Shown: positions 12,850 to 24,833 of the stretch, one piece after another
Position numbering within the stretch: the stretch's first letter is position 1
How the letters are laid out: each line of letters starts with the position of its first letter
NCBI GenBank assembly: GCA_036785375.1
Contig: JAWMAR010000030.1
Location: 8,122,001-8,186,000 of the forward strand
Reading direction: 5' to 3'
From: Leucoraja ocellata
Taxonomy: Eukaryota
Length of the DNA: 64,000 nucleotides
Position numbers and translations under genes: made by a program
Notes under the pieces: model-generated
Told to the model about the DNA's origin: nothing
What the model saw: the letters and a program-made list of their open reading frames with translations, nothing else
Database searches by the model: none

Positions 12850-13905
12850 TGCCACATCTCTGGCGACGAAATCCATACCGACGGTCGGTTTTAATTTGCT
12901 TGTGTGCGTGGGGAAATTTGGATCTTTTGTAATTCGCCCCCCCTGGTAACCTATCCTCCCCTGCTCTGATCAATTTAATTTGCTGATAGTCTGGGTTTGT
13001 ATTTTCAAATGTGTTTTGCGAGAGCCACAGAGCTTCCCTTTCCTGCTCCGTGCACAGGATTAACAGACGACAAGGATCTTTAGACCACTTTGCCGCGCAG
13101 CAAACGAGGTAAGCATAACACGCTATTAAATATATTTTACAAATAAACAATAGTGGGTTCACTTGACAAGAACGAATCTTGTTCAACGCTCCCGCGCAAA
13201 GAAAACAAATTACATCGGCAACTCAGATTTATCTCTGATACCTTGTTGTGGATGTTAGAGGTTTTTGTTGCCGCCGTATTTTTTAAATATGAACAATTGT
13301 ATTCTATTTATAAAAGTTGTGGTCATTTATTTCGTTTGCTAAAAAAAAATCGGTGAGAATGGGAACACTCGGCCAAGGAGCTTTATCGTGTGTTTTACGC
13401 GTTTCTTTTTCTAAGCCTCCAGGTTTTGTCTTTATTTTTAACGTGTTTGTAAATAGAGAGGGGGGAGGGGTATGTTTTGTTTGTCGCCGATTCATTCTGC
13501 TCGCCGTTCTGAGCAAAGATACCAGCGTATCTTTGGTTCTGAGGAACAGTTGGGAGGCGATGCACCCGCTGCCCGAATAAAAGCTGTCACGGCCTCGCAA
13601 CTCCGCGTGTAAATGTATAATCAGTAAAACACACAAAAAAAAGCAAATTCCAATTGCGGAATTAAGAATGCTTACCGTGCGGAGTTGTTCAGAAGACGCG
13701 GGTTTTTTGTGCATGTGTTGGGGAGAGGGTGGTGGGGAGGAGGCCTGCGAGCCGAGGCCCTGTGCGAGCCGCTCCGGGGCGACGGTTGAACGGGGCCGCT
13801 CGAGCTCGCCGTTTGAACGGCGCCGCGTTCCATTCGGCAGAAGGTGCCGACCGTTAAATGAAGGACGAAAGCGGAGGGAGAGTGAGCAGGCGGTTTTTAC
13901 AAAGG
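12850..13905. promoter_or_regulatory. CpG-rich region, probable (bidirectional) promoter / non-coding exon 1 of macroH2A.2
   Basis: Strong CpG/GC enrichment at 13660-13900 in an AT-rich background; + donor candidate AAG|GTACTA at 13904/5; - donor CG|GTAAGC at 13676/5. Confidence 0.6.
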
Positions 13906-14480
13906 TACTAAACCAGTGAAGAAAATATTCTGGTGTGAGCGTAATGTGAAGATATTAATTTTGCAGGAAAACAGAATTTTCTTTTAAATGGTATAGATTT
14001 TTAAATAAAATTGAATAGAAATGCCCCCTTAGTTGTATCGGCTCTCTGCTAGTGCGTGTATCATGATGTTCAACACTGAGTCGTTCAGCTTCGTATATAA
14101 GTTCTTTATTAGCATAACCATATAGAGCGAACACACATAACTGTTGTAGGTTCAAGCTCTAAAATGAATCTGAAGAATAGCCGAACCGGCACACTATTTG
14201 AAACCCGAACTGGATTACGGATCGGGTTACAACAGTAAAAACCAGACATGGATCAAATTAGTTAATCGTGATTGATCTACATTGTTCTTCTTAAACAAGC
14301 CCGCAAACTAAATACAAGTACATACGACGAAAGCTTACAAACATCACAATATAACATAAGGATGTATACATTAACTAAAACAACAACTAAGCAGTGGAGG
14401 ATACGAAATGAGCAAAATGAGGAAACGAAGAAGACCATAATCAATTAAAATCCGTGATTAAGAAGGAACTGCAGATGCTG

Positions 14481-14958
14481 AGGGCTTAACAAAAGAATGG
14501 CAGAGAGGATGGGAAATGGAAGTCAGGGGTAGACACTACTTTTCTATACAATCTGAAGTTAGGAAAATATGTTTCTGTACATCCCTGTCCCGTAGGGACT
14601 CAGTTAAACTGTGTAGATTGAGGTTGGGACACTGGGTTAAATTACTATTTGTGCATTGTAGGGAAACGTGTTTCTGGCTTGTGTGAATGTGGGAGTAATG
14701 AGACAGTTAAGCATGTTTTCCTAGAATGTAGAAAGAAAAGTATTGTTTGTTAGACTGACAGGACTTGGAGTTTAGGCTTTTTCTGTTTCATCTTTGTTTG
14801 GACACAGTGAGAAACATCAACTGATATCCAGGGCTGTTCTTCAATTCCTGCAAGTTACAGGACTGTATGTAAGAATTTAGTTCAAACTTTGACCTGTGGA
14901 GGGCAGTAATACGCTTAGCAGCGTCTACACTGCCGGAATCCTATAAGAAGAAGAAGCA
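14481..14958 (+). mobile_element. 5'-truncated Nimb/I-clade LINE
   Basis: KEWQRGWEMEVRGRHYFSIQ...RLRLGH...LCECGSNETVKHVFLEC zinc knuckle, (GAA)n tail, 15-bp TSD gaactgcagatgctg at 14466-14480 and 14959-14973. Confidence 0.75.
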
Positions 14959-15074
14959 GAACTGCAGATGCTGGAAAATTGAAGGTACACAAAAATGCTG
15001 GAGAAACTCAGCGGGTGCAGCAGCATCTATGGAGCGAAGGAGATAGGCAACGTTTCGGGCCGAAACCTGATAAG

Positions 15075-15487
15075 TGTCTAAACAGTCTTTGTACTTCGGG
15101 GTTGGGCTTACAAATCCTTCCCGCACGCGTACTCTGCCGTGCTCTTGCTCTTTGCAGGTGATAGCACTGCAGCTGATGGTTCGGTCCGCACTGGTTTCGC
15201 AAGAGTCTTTTCCACAGGTGACTTTATAGGTGATTTCGCCATCGGCACCAGCGGTTCCTTCGCCGGTGTAAAGACCAACTCGCGGTCTGCTGATACCTGT
15301 CCCCCATTCAAACCAACGGTCTCTCCATCAGTCCATAACACGCCATCTGGGACATCAGTGTCACCATACAAATACTGCTGAAATGGCACTGGCTCGTTCA
15401 CCGGCAGAGTATGTTTTCTATTCCGCCTGTAGATTCCTCCTTCTGATTAGACTAAATAGGACAGTTCCTCTTACTATGCCCATACGA
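15075..15487 (-). mobile_element. Gypsy-like pol C-terminal fragment
   Basis: SYLV*SEGGIYRRNRKHTL and, after frameshifts, TRAGRICKP..KYKD, motifs typical of Gypsy integrase C-termini. Confidence 0.55.
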
Positions 15488-16000
15488 TAGCAATGTGTAA
15501 ACATTTTTGAGATTTAAAAAAAATCAAGTCTGCAATTTATCCCATCAGATAAAGCATAAAAATAAGTTTAATTTGACACCTAATTAACTTTCATCTCTTC
15601 AGTTAAAAAAATTGTGGCCATTTTCACACTCAGAAATTAGCATCTTGGTCCCTTTTGCTTTTTCCATTGACTTAACACAAAAGCTGTGATCGAGGACAGT
15701 CAAAAGCCCATAACTTTCTTAAAAATTAAGAGAACTGAATGAAATTTTCAGTTATTATAGATTGAAGCATTCTGAAACAAATATAAAACATCTTACTTGG
15801 ATGACCTGAAATTAAAGCATAGTTACCTAATTGTAGCTAATTATAAAATTGACCGTTGCGACGGTCAGTTTATATGGTTAAACACCCAGACTGCCTTGAA
15901 AATTCAAAAATGTGATATTCTCAAGACCAGAACTTTAATATTATTATATTATATGCTGTAAATCCGTAACAGATAGGTAAATAAATTACAATTTCTAGCA
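15488..16000 (-). mobile_element. Second, inverted partial copy of the 8979-11315 DNA transposon
   Basis: Reverse complement of ~10870-11315 (tagcaatgt...gagatttaaaaa..atcaagtctgcaattt...caagaccagaactttaatattatt). Confidence 0.8.
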
Positions 16001-16325
16001 AGTCTTTAGTGTAAATAAGTAATTTCCACAATCTGAAGTTCAAGATCATCTTTAATCAGACTGGAACGGGTCACAAAATTAAAATGCAGGAACAATAAAC
16101 AATTTGGGAGAAATTGTTTGTTTTATATTGCAAAAGAGATGGGTGTAAGAATACAAGTTTTATGAGCAACATCTGTTAATAATCTGAATAATAATCTTGT
16201 TCCTCAAAATCTCTCCAGTATTGTAAAAAGACACATTCTTTTTGCAATATTGACAAATGCATTGCTCCTGAAAATTTTGTCGACAACATTTTTCTTTCAG
16301 CTTTTAAGCAAACATAATATTTTTA

Positions 16326-16464
16326 AAGGTACACAAAAAAGCTGGAGAAACTCAGCGGGTGCAGCAGCATCTATGGAGCGAAGGAAATAGGCAACGTTTC
16401 GGGCCGAAACCCTTCTTCAGACTTTGTGTACCTTCAATTCTCCAGCATCTGCAGTTCCTTCTTA
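16326..16464 (-). mobile_element. Penelope-like element terminal repeat (short, with inverted segment)
   Basis: aaggtacacaaaa..gctggagaaactcagcgggtgcagcagcatctatggagcgaagg...cttcagac; flanked by repeated aaacataa(t/c)atttttaaa. Confidence 0.75.
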
Positions 16465-18287
16465 AACATAACATTTTTAAAACCTGATCAACCGGTTTAA
16501 CAGTGAGTTTTGAGTCAAAATAAAGCACCACCTTTCTATTGTAAATCAGATTTTCAGCTAGTATCTGGATTTAAATAAACAATCATGATCTTGAACTTTT
16601 CTGCACAATGAATAACTACACCATTGCAGCTGCCCACAAGATGGCGCAAGCTGAAAGGCCCAGGTGGGTTTTGGAAGTCAAAATTGATTTTGGATTGCCC
16701 AAAGCCTCCTGAACAATGAGATTAGTAATGGTGAAAATAAGCTTAAAATTAAAACGATTGATAATTAATTTCTATTAAAACATATTTAGATATAAATTGA
16801 TGACCTTACCGAACAAAAAAAACAATTTTAAACACCTTCATTTTATCAAGGTTGGCAACCCCTTTATAATGAATGGGAATAACATATGTATCCAACCCCT
16901 CTGCTCATTAAAATTTCAACCGCTCCAAGACTGGTGAATTCATAACTGAACGTCTGACCAACTGAGGGTATTTTACTTTCCAAGCTTCAGCATGTAGGTG
17001 CAGAAATCCAGAACTTCCTGATGCGTGTATTTCAGCTAACTAGTATTTTTGTTTGGAACAGCCTGCGAGCCAGTGGTGCATTGCTTATATGCAATAAATT
17101 GTTTGGAAAATGCAGTTTATTTTTGATATGTTAGTTTAGACTTCTTGAATCAGTATATAGTTTAAGTTTTATGTTCCGGATTGGGGGGAAGGCTGAGATG
17201 CAGCCTGTCAGAATACCTTCTTTAGTGCATCTGTAGAAGTTCGAGAGAAGTGATAAATTGCCCCTTCAATTTTTGACTCGCTTTGTCAATTTGAACTGAA
17301 CTTTTCATATATAAGTTGTCTGAGGTAATGTTGTCTGAGTGCTAATGAGGTGCAGATAAATTGAACATTGTAGTGTTGATATTTTGTCATTGTAAATTGC
17401 AGCCAGTGTTGGTTTATTTTTAGGGTTTCTTGAGGCCCTTGCTAGAATTTTACCAGTTCTTTGACTTGCACGATTATAATTAAATTATCAAATACATCAA
17501 TGCTCGAGATTCAGGCTCAATCCTGACCTTGGGTGATGTCTGTGTAGTTTACACGTTTTCCCTTTTATTGTGTGGGTTTCCTCCAGGCGCTGTGGTGTCC
17601 TCTCACATCACAAAAATATGCGGGTTTGTTGGTGTGGACTTGGTGGGCCGAAGGGCCTGTTTCCATGCAACATCAATCAAAAATACTTGGGGGGGGGGGG
17701 GGGGAGGAGGAGGGTGGTGGTAGAAAATAGTAATAGTTTAAATTGATTTACTTTTTGATCAAATAAGGAAAAATCAAAGAGATATGAGCAATAAATGTAA
17801 ATATGAATGTTAAATAAATAGATAGTTTGGTTCAAATAAATGACTAACAGCAGCTGTTTACATTTTTTTAAATGTAATTTCTATTGAGTGACGTTTGAAA
17901 AACAGTGAAGTTATGTTAACTCATGTAAAACCTAGATGCAGTGAGAAAATAAGTTATAATGCAGGATATGCAATTCATTGTACTAGCCCTATTCATCCAC
18001 GCACAATTCGCCTCAGTGTGGTTGCACTCTGTCATTCAGACTGAATCAGTGCAATCCGTTGCCACAGACGGCTATGGGGCCCAAAGATAGACACAAAACT
18101 CAGGCAGCATCTCTGGTGAGAAGGAACGGGTGATGTTTCGGGTTGAGACCCTTCCAGGGCTCGAAATTAGCGGTTGCCTGGGTGCCAATGGCAACCTACA
18201 GTCCCAACGAGCAACCTAAAAACCATGCCATTTTGCCCGGCTTGGCAAGCACCCAGGACACCTATCGTTTAATTCTGAGCGGGCCCC

Positions 18288-18350
18288 CTCTCTATCTCTA
18301 TCTCTCTCTCTCGCTCTCGCTCTCTCTCTCTCTCTCTCTCGCTCTCTCTG
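18288..18350. repeat. (TC)n microsatellite
   Basis: ctctctatctctatctctctctctcgctctcgctctctc... Confidence 0.9.
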
Positions 18351-18699
18351 CCACTCTCCGTCTCCGCCCGCCATCCATATCGGGTCTCTGGTCTCCGCTC
18401 GCAGCACAACGGAATATGTAAACATAGTACTCTGTAAACAATGTTATAAACGAGAAAACAAAACTCCATACAGACAGCACCCGTATTCAGGATCAATTCT
18501 GGGTCTCTGGCAATTTTAGGCAGCAACTTTATGGCCAATGTACTGCCCCATAGTCTTGAACTGAATTAAAACATACAGTAATTGTAAAGGGAGACATAGC
18601 GTCACTTAGAGATTTAAGACTGAAAATGGATAGTTTCTTTTTTTTAGTAACCAAAGTTATCAACGTATAATTTTTTGTGTGTTGGAAAATAAAATATGG

Positions 18700-18928
18700 T
18701 GGCACAGCTGGTGGACTTGCTGCCTCAAACGTCAGAGATCTGTGTTTGATCCTGTTCTCAGGCACTGTCTGTGTTGAATTTGTACATTCTCCCTGCAAGC
18801 AGGTGTGTTTCCTCCCACATCCCAAAGACGCTTCGGCTTTGAAGGCTAACTTGTCTCTGTAAAATTGCCCCTAATGTGCAGGGAGTGTGTAAGGAAAGTG
18901 GGATAACAGAACTTGTGTGAATGGATAG
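18700..18928 (+). mobile_element. tRNA-derived SINE
   Basis: ggcacagctggtggacttgctgcctc...tttgatcctg...cctcccacatcccaaagac...aaaattgcccct. Confidence 0.7.
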
Positions 18929-19375
18929 ACTAAAATGCTGGAGAAACTCAGCATGTGAGGCAGCATCTATGGAGCGAAGGAAATAGGCGACGTTTCAGGT
19001 CAAGACCCTTCTTCAGACCGATGTGAGGGAGGGGGGGCAGAAGAAGAAAGGAAGAGGCGGAGACAGTGGGCTGAGGGAGACCTGGGAAGCGGAGGAGAAA
19101 GCAGGGACTACCTGAAATTGGAGGTCAATGTTTATATCGCTGGGGTGTAAACTGCCCAAGTGAAATATGATGTGCTGCTCCTCCAATTTACGGTGGACCT
19201 CACTCTGGCCATGGAGGATGCCCAGGACAGAAAGGTTGGATTCAGAATGGGAGGGGGAATTGAAGTGCCGAGCCACCGGGTGGGTGATCAGGTAGGTTAT
19301 TGCGAACCGAGCGGAGGTGTTGGGCAAAGCGATCGCCAACCTTACACTTGGTTGGAGGAGGTGCAGGTGAACTTC
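18929..19375 (-). mobile_element. Penelope-like retroelement 3' fragment (GIY-YIG endonuclease C-terminus plus terminal repeat)
   Basis: ORF 19013-19339 HPVARHFNSPSHS...RKLEEQHIIFHLGSLHPSDINID followed by gtctgaagaagggtcttgacctgaaacgtc. Confidence 0.85.
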
Positions 19376-19839
19376 ATGTTTAAAGATTGGAGATTAAATG
19401 TGCTATAAAATTGTGGTGTAGACCTGTGCCAAAGTACTAATGTTTAGGCTTTGTGTCCCCAAAATAGTAAGATAAAAATGTGAAAATCCCGAGTAATGGA
19501 TAAGGATTGCTGTTCAACATTTCTTTTAAGCTAGTCAAACTTGCTGACTCTTCCTACTATATCCATTTATTGCTATATCCAGAAACCTGTCTGCAGCTGT
19601 TGAATTTGTTTGATAATGTAAGAAAGATTTTAGTTGCTGGCCTATTATGCACATTAAACACCTTTCTAATAGACAAATATTTGCAGGATAATAAAGGAAT
19701 GACAGGGAGAGTGGGAAGAAAGCTGGCATGTCCCAGATGAGCCAAATATCCTGGTGTGCTACAAGATTCAATGTCTAAATGACCAATTATATCCTTTTCA
19801 GATCTACAGGTGGTATTTTTCTAACTAACAAATTGCAAG

Positions 19840-20011
19840 ATGTCAGCCCGAAGTGGAAAAAAGAAAATGATCAAGATATCACGCTCATCCAGAGCAGGAA
19901 TCATTTTTCCTGTTGGCAGACTGTTGCGTTACTTGCGGAAATCAACATTCAATTATCGTATTGGAATGGGAGCACCTATTTACCTGGCTGCAGTCATGGA
20001 GTACCTTGCAG
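19840..20011 (+). CDS. MACROH2A2: macroH2A.2-like coding exon 1 (histone fold N-terminal part)
   Basis: [57 protein letters not shown]; donor G|gtaaaa; 172 nt. Confidence 0.95.
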
Positions 20012-20185
20012 GTAAAAGTCTAAATTTAGAACATGAAAACCAGGTTAATGTCTAAAGCTTAAAAACAAATTATTTTTGAGGAATCAAAATGTTAATTTTG
20101 GAGGAAGTTTTATTTTGGCACTTTCGGCAAATATTTCTGGTATCAGTTGTTTTAAACTTAATAACAAACGTTTATTCTTGTGCAG

Positions 20186-20292
20186 CTGAAATTCTGGAAT
20201 TGGCTGGAAATGCAGCCAGGGATAACAAAAAGAGTAGAATAACTCCAAGGCACATTCTGCTGGCAGTGGCAAATGATGAAGAACTAAACCAG
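20186..20292 (+). CDS. MACROH2A2: macroH2A.2-like coding exon 2
   Basis: tgcag|CT; [36 protein letters not shown]|gtaagg. Confidence 0.95.
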
Positions 20293-20992
20293 GTAAGGCT
20301 ATTGGTGGTAGTTATCTTGATCTATTTGAAACCCTATTCATGAGTTTTCTTGATGTTTGTAGAAATCTTTAATTTTCAACGGAGAAAGATACTTGGAGGA
20401 TATGGAGAGTGCAGCTAAGTGTAGAAGGACTTCATTCAGCCCATAATGGTTTCTTGCAGCACACTTCTTCGGACCCATCCTGTCCCTCTTTTTCCTGTGA
20501 TTCTTGTACCACATACTTTGACACGTGCTATTTATTTACACTGGGTATTTATTTATTTACCCACTATATTTACAGTATCCATTTAACCTACCGGCACATT
20601 TTTGCGAACTGGAAGGAAACTGGATGCTGTATCAGAATTTTTTTTTTAATTCCTCCAGCGTTTGTGTCTACCTTTATATATTACAAAAGAAATACAGATT
20701 GCTGTAAATCTGAAAGGAAATGGGAAAAGTTAGAAACATAAAGCAGGCCAGTCAGCGTACGTGGAAAGAGAAACACTTAACATCACGGGCCATGGAACTT
20801 TTATTAGAACTGAATGAAGGCATGAAACATTTATGGCTGTACTGACTCTAATATAAAAATATGGATACATTAATAATAATAAGAATAAATTAAGCAGGTG
20901 TGAAGAGCATCTGCTAGTTATACTGACCTCTGGTACTGTCATGCTGTATCTAGAATTGAACTGACTTCTAAGGCAAGATGCTTTTCACCATG

Positions 20993-21058
20993 TTTAAGAA
21001 GGAACTGCAGATGCTGAAAAATCGAAGGTAGACAAAAGTGCTGGAGAAACTCATCAGA
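20993..21058 (-). mobile_element. Short Penelope terminal fragment
   Basis: ttaagaaggaactgcagatgctg...ctggagaaactca flanked by duplicated cttttcaccatg. Confidence 0.6.
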
Positions 21059-21932
21059 CTTTTCACCATGCTGCCCACTGCAAAATCCTCGAGAATTGCA
21101 AAGTGCCTTTCCTTTCATCAAGTATAGTTATACTTATGTACAGATTTTGAAGGGTTGCGGCTTTGAGTGTAATAAAAACTTTAGTAATCGATGAAGTAAC
21201 ATTTGTTGTCATGGCCTAATAGCACTCTTGCGAATCAAGACAATTTTAATTCCAGTCCTGCAAATAATTTGAGCGCATAATCAATGCTGTACTTTTGGAG
21301 ATGGTTTTGAGTTTATTCGAGTGTGTAAAAAATCCTTTGGCATCTACATTCTTGGATGTTCACGCATTTGTCAATATAGTAGGGCCTACAGCTGATAACT
21401 AATTAATCTGCTCCAGATCGACCCGGTCCACTTGGCGTATATAAGGAGCACTGTGTAAAGTAATGAGTTCATTATATTTAATAGTTTTATCGTACATGTT
21501 TCCCATTTTTAATTTAGAATGCAGATGCAACAAGAACTGTCATAATGAACACCTGAAAACTAGCACCATCAAAAACACGAGTAATGGTAGAAATATTAAA
21601 CATAAAATTACCAACATTGCTACAAACTAAAATTTGTGTCTTTTATAAATCAATAAGATGCGGTGAAATGTTAGAAACATTAGATATTCCATCCATTTAG
21701 TTTTTATAAACTTCCATCTAACTTCATGCATTGCTTCTTTAGACAAATAAAGCATTTCGTTCAATAGTACTTCCCACAAAGTGGTCCACATAATATAAAG
21801 AACCAAAAACAAACCAACCTTCATTTTGAAATGTATTAAGTTTGGGTGCAGTTTTCTAGAACAGTAGTATTTCAGTGCAGGATCATTTTATTGAGAAGCT
21901 TTGCCTATATATAATTAATTTTGTGCCTGCAG

Positions 21933-22163
21933 TTATTAAGGGGAGTAACAATTGCGTGTGGTGGTGTGCTGCCTCGAATTCATCCTGAACTCCTGGCAAA
22001 GAAACGTGGCGCCAGAAGTAAAGTGGAAACCATTCTATCTACACCACCTGAAAAGAAGGAAAAGAAGGCAAAGAAGGCAAAGAAAGCAAAGCCATCACCA
22101 GTCAAAAAAGCTGTCAAGAAAGCAACTGTCAAAAAGGCTAGAAAATCCAAATCGGCCAGAAGG
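21933..22163 (+). CDS. MACROH2A2: macroH2A.2-like coding exon 3 (docking domain plus basic linker)
   Basis: LLRGVTIACGGVLPRIHPELLAKKRG...KKARKSKSARR|gtttgt; 231 nt. Confidence 0.9.
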
Positions 22164-23095
22164 GTTTGTATCAAACACACAATTCCTGCTGTCTAAGAGG
22201 GACGTACTTGCTGTACTACAATGGTACTAAATCGATTTGGATTAGGAAACAGTCAGCTGTTATCTTTAGAAACTTTAACTTGTGATGCCAATTGATATGC
22301 AGTAAAACTGATTACATCATGACGATTTGGAATTACTGGTGGTTAAGCACCTGCATCAAAGGTGAGCTTCTTGCCAGTTCACTTTGCACCCGGTCCCACC
22401 TCTCACTTCCTACTCTCGGGAATCTGTTTCCACTCCTTAATTGCCCAGGCGCCCAAGATGCCACATTCTTGTTAAACTTGCCTGTCTTCATTGCAAAATA
22501 TGTTTCAACTGAGTAACATCTTTTATAAAAACTAAGTGTGTTGGGGCATTGCTTCAAATGATGTCCAATGATCTGGAAAATTTGCACGTCTGGCACCACC
22601 ATTGTCTCAAATGTGTCAGATTATTGGAATTTTATCAAACCTAACTATTTGAGTTCCAAATGGACCTCAATTTCAATTATGCTATTTAGTTTTCATTTTT
22701 AGTTCTGACATCGCACTTCCACCATTAAATCAGTAAAAGGTAGAGTGAGAAGCCAAAGTAGATTTTTCTGAAATATCACAATTTGATGCTGTTTTAGCTT
22801 TTTGAGGAGTCTAATCTAAATTAAGTATCTGCATGGGAAAGTGTAGGTTACTGACTAAATTAATTTGGACATTTGCATTGACACTTAATTAAAAAATGTA
22901 TCCCTAAATATTTAATAAATAATTCGGGCAGCTCCCTACGATTAAACTGAAATATTAGTTATTTTTTAATGCATTAAACTTGACATGGGGAAGAAAGATG
23001 TGATGTTGCAGGTGTGGAAATTTGACTTGTGATCCCATCACAACAAATCCACCAATTTAATTCTTTGTCAGGTAATCTATTACCAAAATGTTACT

Positions 23096-23330
23096 CCAGG
23101 TTGCAACAGGCCCTTCCACCCAACTTGCCCACTCTGACCAACATGAGTCCCATCTGCCTGCTTTTGGCCCATATCCTTCCAAACCTATCCTATCCATGTA
23201 CCTGTCCAAATGTCTCTTAAACGTTGTGATAGTACCTGCCTCAACTACCTCCTCCGGCAGCTTGTTCCATACAACCACTCTCCTTTGTGTATGTAAAAAA
23301 AAAAAAAGGCACCCCTCAGGCTCTCATTGA
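23096..23330 (-). mobile_element. CR1-type LINE 3' end
   Basis: VVWNKLPEEVVEAGTITTFKRHLDRYM on - strand. Confidence 0.8.
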
Positions 23331-23669
23331 ATCTACGCTATACACAGATCTCTAGTGTGCTCAGCTATGTTTAAAATTAATCAAAACCTGAAGATGTTTT
23401 AATCATTCAAGTATTCACAAGCTATCCAAAATTTATAATACCATCTGCCTAAATGTCTAAAAAGACTTGTATTCATGCTAAGGTTAGTAGGTCACATACT
23501 CGTATGAAAAACAAATAGACTACCTTAGTCATTGTTATCAGTGTTTTATTGGTGACTACATTAGTACAGAACAAATAAAAGGGGTGCTGTGAAATGTAAT
23601 TGGGTCCATTTTATGGAATAGTTTTTATTATTTCAAAAATGAACAATTCAAACACTTTTTTTAAATCAG

Positions 23670-23780
23670 GGTAAACGAATAGAAAGCAAGAAGGAAGGAG
23701 CATCTAGTTCCACTTCAGATGATGTACCTGGTGAAGGTTTCACAATTCATTCAACAAAGAGCCTTTTTCTGGGACAAAAG
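23670..23780 (+). CDS. MACROH2A2: macroH2A.2-like coding exon 4
   Basis: cag|GKRIESKKEGASSSTSDDVPGEGFTIHSTKSLFLGQK|gtaagt. Confidence 0.9.
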
Positions 23781-23999
23781 GTAAGTTACGTGGTATTTTA
23801 ATCCAAAATTGGATGTGTACCCCTGGGTTGTATCAATTTCAATTAAGTGCACACAATACATTAACAATTCTCTGCTTTTCTATTTTGAGAATTGATGCCA
23901 ATTATGACAAATTATTGATTTAGCATTATATATGTCAATATTAAATCTGGATTTAATTTAATTGTAATGTTTTAAGTTTGCTAATAATAAAAAAGTAGT

Positions 24000-24655
24000 G
24001 GGGATCGTGGGTTGTAAGGAGCATGCATCAAGTTGAGTGATTCGACAAATGCATGGTCGATACCGTATTACAAGGCAGAGTAATATTTAAATTGCAATAG
24101 ATTCGATTAGAAAATAGCAACATACAAAACGATGAGAATGTCTGTGTACCAAGTCTTTGAAAGGTAACATGCAAGTAGTTAAAGCACAGGCATGTCAACC
24201 TTTGTTAAGAAATGTTTTGAGTACAGAATCAAGGCTGTCTTGTTACAATTTTAACGATCCTTTCTGAGACCACAGGTGGTCTATGCAGTTTTGGTCTTTT
24301 CAAATAAAATAGATATTTGCCCTAGTGCAGGTACAGTGAAGTTCACCAAACTATTTCTGAGATGGTGACACTGTAATTAGAGGAGAGATTGGATTAACGT
24401 CAATAGTAGGTTGAGAGGAAATCACATTGAAATGTATATATCCTTGGCTGGGATGCAATGGAATGAAGTTCATGGATTGTGGGTCACATTCTCAGTGTTA
24501 AGACTTTAATATGAGGTGACATTTCTTACCACGTATGGTAATGAATTTGTGAAGCTTGCTAAATATATTTAAGAATGAAATGGTATCCAGGAGTATGGGG
24601 AAAGAATGCATGAAATTAAGGGAGAGGTACAGACATGAAGGGCTTAACGTCCTGC
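24000..24655 (+). mobile_element. Old degenerate CR1 LINE fragment
   Basis: Decayed RT C-terminal motifs (...ggttgagaggaaatcacattgaaatgtatat...). Confidence 0.5.
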
Positions 24656-24733
24656 TCAAAAAAGTTAAAGGCAAACTATCTTGGCAATCTGATTGTTGTT
24701 TCCGCAGTTTATTAAATCTTATTTTTTTTCCAG

Positions 24734-24833
24734 CTGTCATTAACACAGAGTGAAGTCAGTAAGATTGGTTCAGCTAAGGTTGAGTGCATCATTAACCCGA
24801 CGAATGCTGAAATAGACCTTAAAGAGGATGTTG
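24734..24833 (+). CDS. MACROH2A2: macroH2A.2-like coding exon 5 (macro domain, 1.2/2-type exon)
   Basis: cag|LSLTQSEVSKIGSAKVECIINPTNAEIDLKEDV G|gtaagt. Confidence 0.93.

Noticed and set aside
12614-13714. 190-aa and 136-aa minus-strand ORFs near the CpG island
   Set aside because: No recognisable domain; non-ATG or weak starts; composition looks non-coding.
15108-15401. 97-aa ORF as a novel host gene
   Set aside because: Flanking motifs place it in a decayed Gypsy pol C-terminus.
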